Source of the DNA: Candidatus Hadarchaeales archaeon
GTDB taxonomy: Archaea; Hadarchaeota; Hadarchaeia; Hadarchaeales; WYZ-LMO6
Direction: 5' to 3'
DNA length: 64,000 bases
Assembly: GCA_038851755.1 (NCBI GenBank)
Contig: JAWCKR010000001.1
Coordinates: forward strand, 53,637 to 117,636
A model generated the notes under the pieces. That model saw nothing but the letters and a program-made list of their open reading frames with translations, made no database searches and had not been told where the DNA came from. Below are positions 60,802 through 64,000 of the stretch, one piece after another (position 1 is the first letter of the stretch; each line of letters starts with the position of its first letter). A program made the position numbers and the translations under genes.

Positions 60802-61890
60802 CTACGCCAACCCCTCGAGCGCCTCCACGATCGCGTCCGCCATCTCCCTGGTCCCCACCGCCGAGGGATCGGAGGGGTCGGGCTTCATGTCGTAGGTCAC
60901 CCTCTTCCCCTCCGCTATCACCTGCGCCACGGCCCTCTCCAGCCTGGAGGCGGCGTCCACCTCCCCCAGGTACCTGAGCATCATCACCGCGCTCAGGATG
61001 GTGGCCGTGGGGTTCACCTTGTTCTTCCCCGCGTACTTGGGGGCACTGCCGTGGACGGGCTCGAACACCGCTCCCCTCTCCCCGATGTTGGCGCTGGGGG
61101 CCACCCCCAGTCCACCCACCAGACCGGCGCAGAGGTCGGAGAGGATGTCCCCGTAGAGGTTGGGACACACGAGGACATCGTAGAGTTCGGGCTTCTGGAC
61201 CAGCTGCATGGACATGTTGTCCACGATCCTGTCCTCGAACTCTATATCGGGATACTCGTTCGCCACCCTCCTGGCGGTCTCCAGGAAGAGCCCGTCAGAG
61301 AACTTCAGGATGTTGGCCTTGTGCACGGCGGTGACCTTCCTCCTCCCGTTCCTCCTGGCGTACTCGAAGGCGAACCTCACGATCCTCTCCGAGGCTGCCA
61401 CCGAGATGGGCTTCAGGCTCACCCCGGAGTCCTCCCTGAGGGAGATCCCCCTGAGCCTCCTGAGGAACTCCAGGAACTGCCTGGTGTCCTCCTTCCCCCT
61501 CTCGAACTCCACCCCTGCGTACAGGTCCTCGGTGTTCTCCCTGATCACCACCAGGTCCACCCCCTCATACCTGCTCCTCACCCCCCTGTACCACCTGCAG
61601 GGCCTGACGTTGGCGTAGAGGTCCAGGGCCTGCCTGAGGGCCACGTTCACGCTCCTGAAGCCCTTCCCCACGGGGGTGGTGATGGGCCCCTTGAGGGCAA
61701 CGCCGTTTCTCCTCACCGACTCCAGCACCTCCTCCGGGAGGGGAGTTCCCTTCTCCCGCATGACCTTCTCCCCGGCCTCCACCACCTCCCACTCTATCCT
61801 CACCCCCGTGGCCTCCACGCACCTCCGAGCCGCCTCCGTGACCTCGGGGCCCACTCCATCCCCAGGGATGAGGGTGACGCGGTGGACCAT
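60802..61890 (-). CDS. Beta-decarboxylating dehydrogenase of the isocitrate/homoisocitrate/3-isopropylmalate dehydrogenase family
   Basis: [17 protein letters not shown]...[36 protein letters not shown]...[14 protein letters not shown]... is closest in motif pattern to IDH/HICDH. The track ORF 60802..63108 is a chimeric read-through across the next gene. Confidence 0.8.
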   Translation of the reverse strand: MVHRVTLIPGDGVGPEVTEAARRCVEATGVRIEWEVVEAGEKVMREKGTPLPEEVLESVRRNGVALKGPITTPVGKGFRSVNVALRQALDLYANVRPCRWYRGVRSRYEGVDLVVIRENTEDLYAGVEFERGKEDTRQFLEFLRRLRGISLREDSGVSLKPISVAASERIVRFAFEYARRNGRRKVTAVHKANILKFSDGLFLETARRVANEYPDIEFEDRIVDNMSMQLVQKPELYDVLVCPNLYGDILSDLCAGLVGGLGVAPSANIGERGAVFEPVHGSAPKYAGKNKVNPTATILSAVMMLRYLGEVDAASRLERAVAQVIAEGKRVTYDMKPDPSDPSAVGTREMADAIVEALEGLA

Positions 61891-61895
61891 TCTCC

Positions 61896-63209
61896 TCAGA
61901 CCTCGAAACCCGCCTTCCTGGCCAGCTGCCTGAACTCCTCGTCCCTCAGGGGCATCCTGCGGGTTCCGTTGACGAACTTCTCCTTGATGACCTCCACCAG
62001 CTGCTCGAGCCTGGGGTCCTTCTCCTCCACCGGCCTCCCCAGTATCTCCTGCAGCCTGAGCCTGATCCCGTGCTTCCCGGACCTCTTCCCTATCACGATG
62101 GTCCTGCGCTGTCCCACCAGCTCGGGAGGGAAGGGCTCGTACGTGAGGGGAAGGGCGGAGATCCCCTGCAGGTGGATCCCGGACTCGTGGGCGAAGGCCG
62201 CGTCCCCCACGATGGCCTTGTTGAGGGGGAGGTGGTACCCGGTGGCGGAGGAGAAGAGGAGGGCCAGCTCCCTGAGGGGGGCGAAGTTCCACTTGGTCAC
62301 GTCGTGGTGCAGGTAGCAGTTGAGCATGACCTTCTCCGTCTCCGCGTTCCCCGCCCTGTCCCCCACCCCCAGGAAGGTCGTGCTCACGTAAACCTTGTCG
62401 TAGAGCCCCGAGGCCGCCCTCACCGCCGCCATGGTGTTCTCCACCGCGTTCCCGAGATCGTCGTGCGCGTGGATCTCCACGTAGGGGATCCTGGTCTCCC
62501 TGCGGATGTGCCTGATCTTGGCCGGGATGCCGTTGGGGAGGGTGGCGAGGGGATCGGAGAGGCCCACCCCCACCGTGTCGCAGATGCGGTAGACCGTGGC
62601 ACCGGCCTCCGCCACGGCGTTGATGAACAGCCTCTCGAACTCCCAGTCCGCCCTGGTGCTGTCCTCCCCGTGCACGAAGACGGTGAGGCCGTGCTCCGCC
62701 GCGTAGGAGACCACCTCCACCACCCTCTCCAGCAGCTGGAGGGGGGTGCTCTCCCACTTCTCGAAGTGGATGTAGGAGACCGGATGCGAGATGCCCACCT
62801 GCTTGAAGTCCAGGGAGAGGGCCGCGTCCACGTCCTCCTTGGAGGCCCTGCACCAGGCCGCCATCATGTCCCCCAGCCCGGCATCCCTCATGAGCTTCAC
62901 GGCCTGCTGGTCCGTCTTCGTGAAGGTGAGGACCTCCAGCCTCTCCACCCCCAGGTCCCTCAGGAGGCAGGCGATGCGGCAGGTGTCCTCGGGCTTCGGG
63001 GTGACCATCCCGGCCATCTGCAGGCCCTCCCGGAGGGTGGTGTCGTCCACCACCACCTCCACGTTGAGCGGGACGGGACGGTATACCAGCTTGCGCAGGC
63101 GCTCCCACTTCTCCCTGTCGAAGTGGGGGGAGGAGAGCTCCCTCAGCAGGGTAAGCTCCTGCAGCCTCTTCTTCTGGAAGGAATCCTCTCCGGGTTTCAA
63201 AGGCTCCAC
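61896..63209 (-). CDS. Homocitrate synthase / 2-isopropylmalate synthase / citramalate synthase family (DRE-TIM metallolyase), short form without LeuA regulatory domain
   Basis: ...[13 protein letters not shown]..., ...YRICDTVGV..., ...[19 protein letters not shown]..., ...AHESGIH...; 437 aa. GTG start. Confidence 0.8.
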   Translation of the reverse strand: MEPLKPGEDSFQKKRLQELTLLRELSSPHFDREKWERLRKLVYRPVPLNVEVVVDDTTLREGLQMAGMVTPKPEDTCRIACLLRDLGVERLEVLTFTKTDQQAVKLMRDAGLGDMMAAWCRASKEDVDAALSLDFKQVGISHPVSYIHFEKWESTPLQLLERVVEVVSYAAEHGLTVFVHGEDSTRADWEFERLFINAVAEAGATVYRICDTVGVGLSDPLATLPNGIPAKIRHIRRETRIPYVEIHAHDDLGNAVENTMAAVRAASGLYDKVYVSTTFLGVGDRAGNAETEKVMLNCYLHHDVTKWNFAPLRELALLFSSATGYHLPLNKAIVGDAAFAHESGIHLQGISALPLTYEPFPPELVGQRRTIVIGKRSGKHGIRLRLQEILGRPVEEKDPRLEQLVEVIKEKFVNGTRRMPLRDEEFRQLARKAGFEV

Positions 63210-63230
63210 GATTTTTAACGGGGGTTCTGC

Positions 63231-64000
63231 CTAATTAGCCTTCCGAAAGCCTTTCCCCTCCACCGAGAGCTTGGAGGGACTCCCCAATCCCCCTTCCACC
63301 GAGAACTTCACCCCGAGCATCCCCTCCACCAGCTCCACGTTGGTGAGGGCGTGGAGGGTGAGATGGGTGCTCCAGAGCTCCGACCTCCCCTCCGCCAGGG
63401 CCACATAGGGGACGAGCTGATCCGTGAGGTACCTGTCCACGGCATGCCCCGTCCTCAGCTCCTCCAGCAGGAACTCCGCCGCCTCCCTTCCCACCTTCTC
63501 CGCGGGCTTCCCCGGCCTGCCCAGGGAACTGCTCCCCAGGATCCCTCCCCTCGAGGTGAGGGCCCAGAGGACCACCCCGCTCCCGGGCCCTGGAGAGGGT
63601 CCCTCCGGTGTTTCCACCCTCACCCTGGCCCCGTATCCCTCCTTCAGGAGGCGAAGCTTGGCGGCATGGGCCTGCCTGGTGGCCACATGGGGGGGCAAAC
63701 CCGCGCAGTGGGAGATCCCCTCCACCCTCTCCACCCTCCCCGCCTCGGTGAGCTCCAGGGATCGAAGCACCTCCACGGGATGGGTCCTCACCACCACCTT
63801 TCCCCCTCCCTTCGGGTAGTGACCCCTCCGGAGGCACTCCAGCTCCACCCTGTATCCCATCCTGGCCAGCACGGGAAGGGTCACGTGCCTGAAGTAATCC
63901 ACCGGAGGGGCGAGGGGATTGTCCGTTCCCCCCGTCACCTCCACCTCCGCGGGCCCCGAGGCGAAAGCCAGGGGGGGAAGCAGGGCCTGCAGGAGGAGGA
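63231..64000 (-). CDS. rtcA: RNA 3'-terminal phosphate cyclase (C-terminal part; continues past window end)
   Basis: ...[48 protein letters not shown]... and the insert domain; frame stays open to position 64000. Confidence 0.85.
   Translation of the reverse strand, partial: LLLQALLPPLAFASGPAEVEVTGGTDNPLAPPVDYFRHVTLPVLARMGYRVELECLRRGHYPKGGGKVVVRTHPVEVLRSLELTEAGRVERVEGISHCAGLPPHVATRQAHAAKLRLLKEGYGARVRVETPEGPSPGPGSGVVLWALTSRGGILGSSSLGRPGKPAEKVGREAAEFLLEELRTGHAVDRYLTDQLVPYVALAEGRSELWSTHLTLHALTNVELVEGMLGVKFSVEGGLGSPSKLSVEGKGFRKAN

Noticed and set aside
60802-63108. Single 768-aa minus-strand ORF spanning the IDH/HICDH-like gene and most of the homocitrate-synthase-like gene.
   Set aside because: It is chimeric. 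Only the C-terminal 362 aa are a real dehydrogenase. The upstream 400 aa are an out-of-frame low-complexity read-through of the synthase gene, which is itself clearly coded in another frame.

Overview
This window is a densely packed, high-GC archaeal chromosomal region: nearly every base is coding, and adjacent genes often share a 4-nt overlap (ATGA, GTGA or TTGA) that begins with a non-ATG start codon. It is all core housekeeping, and I found no CRISPR array, mobile element, toxin-antitoxin pair or obvious defence locus. The most unusual items are listed in the findings.

The left third (1-20734) is one uninterrupted minus-strand gene array: purB-folD-purM-purS-purL-purQ-(thioredoxin-like)-purE-purC-purF, then tRNA-Lys(UUU), then rpoH-rpoB(unsplit)-rpoA'-rpoA''-L30e-nusA-S12-S7-EF-1alpha. 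The tRNA-Lys 3' end lies 1 nt from the rpoH start codon.

The centre (20790-42175) holds purH with a CoA-transferase A/B pair, IMP dehydrogenase, a DUF359 dephospho-CoA-kinase-like gene, a complete ether-lipid cluster (DGGGP synthase, a radical-SAM tetraether-synthase-like protein, geranylgeranyl reductase, GGGP synthase, G1P dehydrogenase), HflX, a secreted transglutaminase-like protein, stand-alone TrpB2, and an F420 biosynthesis cluster (cofC, cofG, cofH, cofD, a HAD phosphatase, and two divergent cofE paralogues).

The right part (42159-64000) holds a KaiC-like ATPase, an ArsB/NhaD-type permease, RtcB, a SPOUT methyltransferase, the L3-L4-L23-L2-S19-L22-S3-L29-SUI1-Rpp29-S17-L14-L24 ribosomal block, a codon-atypical secreted protein with three internal repeats, a partial his operon (PHP phosphatase-hisC-G-A-B-D-I) fused to apgM, a homocitrate-synthase-like / isocitrate-type dehydrogenase pair, and a partial rtcA.

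Unsplit rpoB together with S7-EF-1alpha adjacency (no EF-2 between them) resembles the TACK/Thermoprotei-type str operon. This is not Methanopyrus despite the similar GC and charged proteins.

Many six-frame-track ORFs are over-extended by GC-rich read-through or begin at GTG/TTG. I re-called starts using conserved N-termini, ribosome-binding sites and stop-start overlaps.
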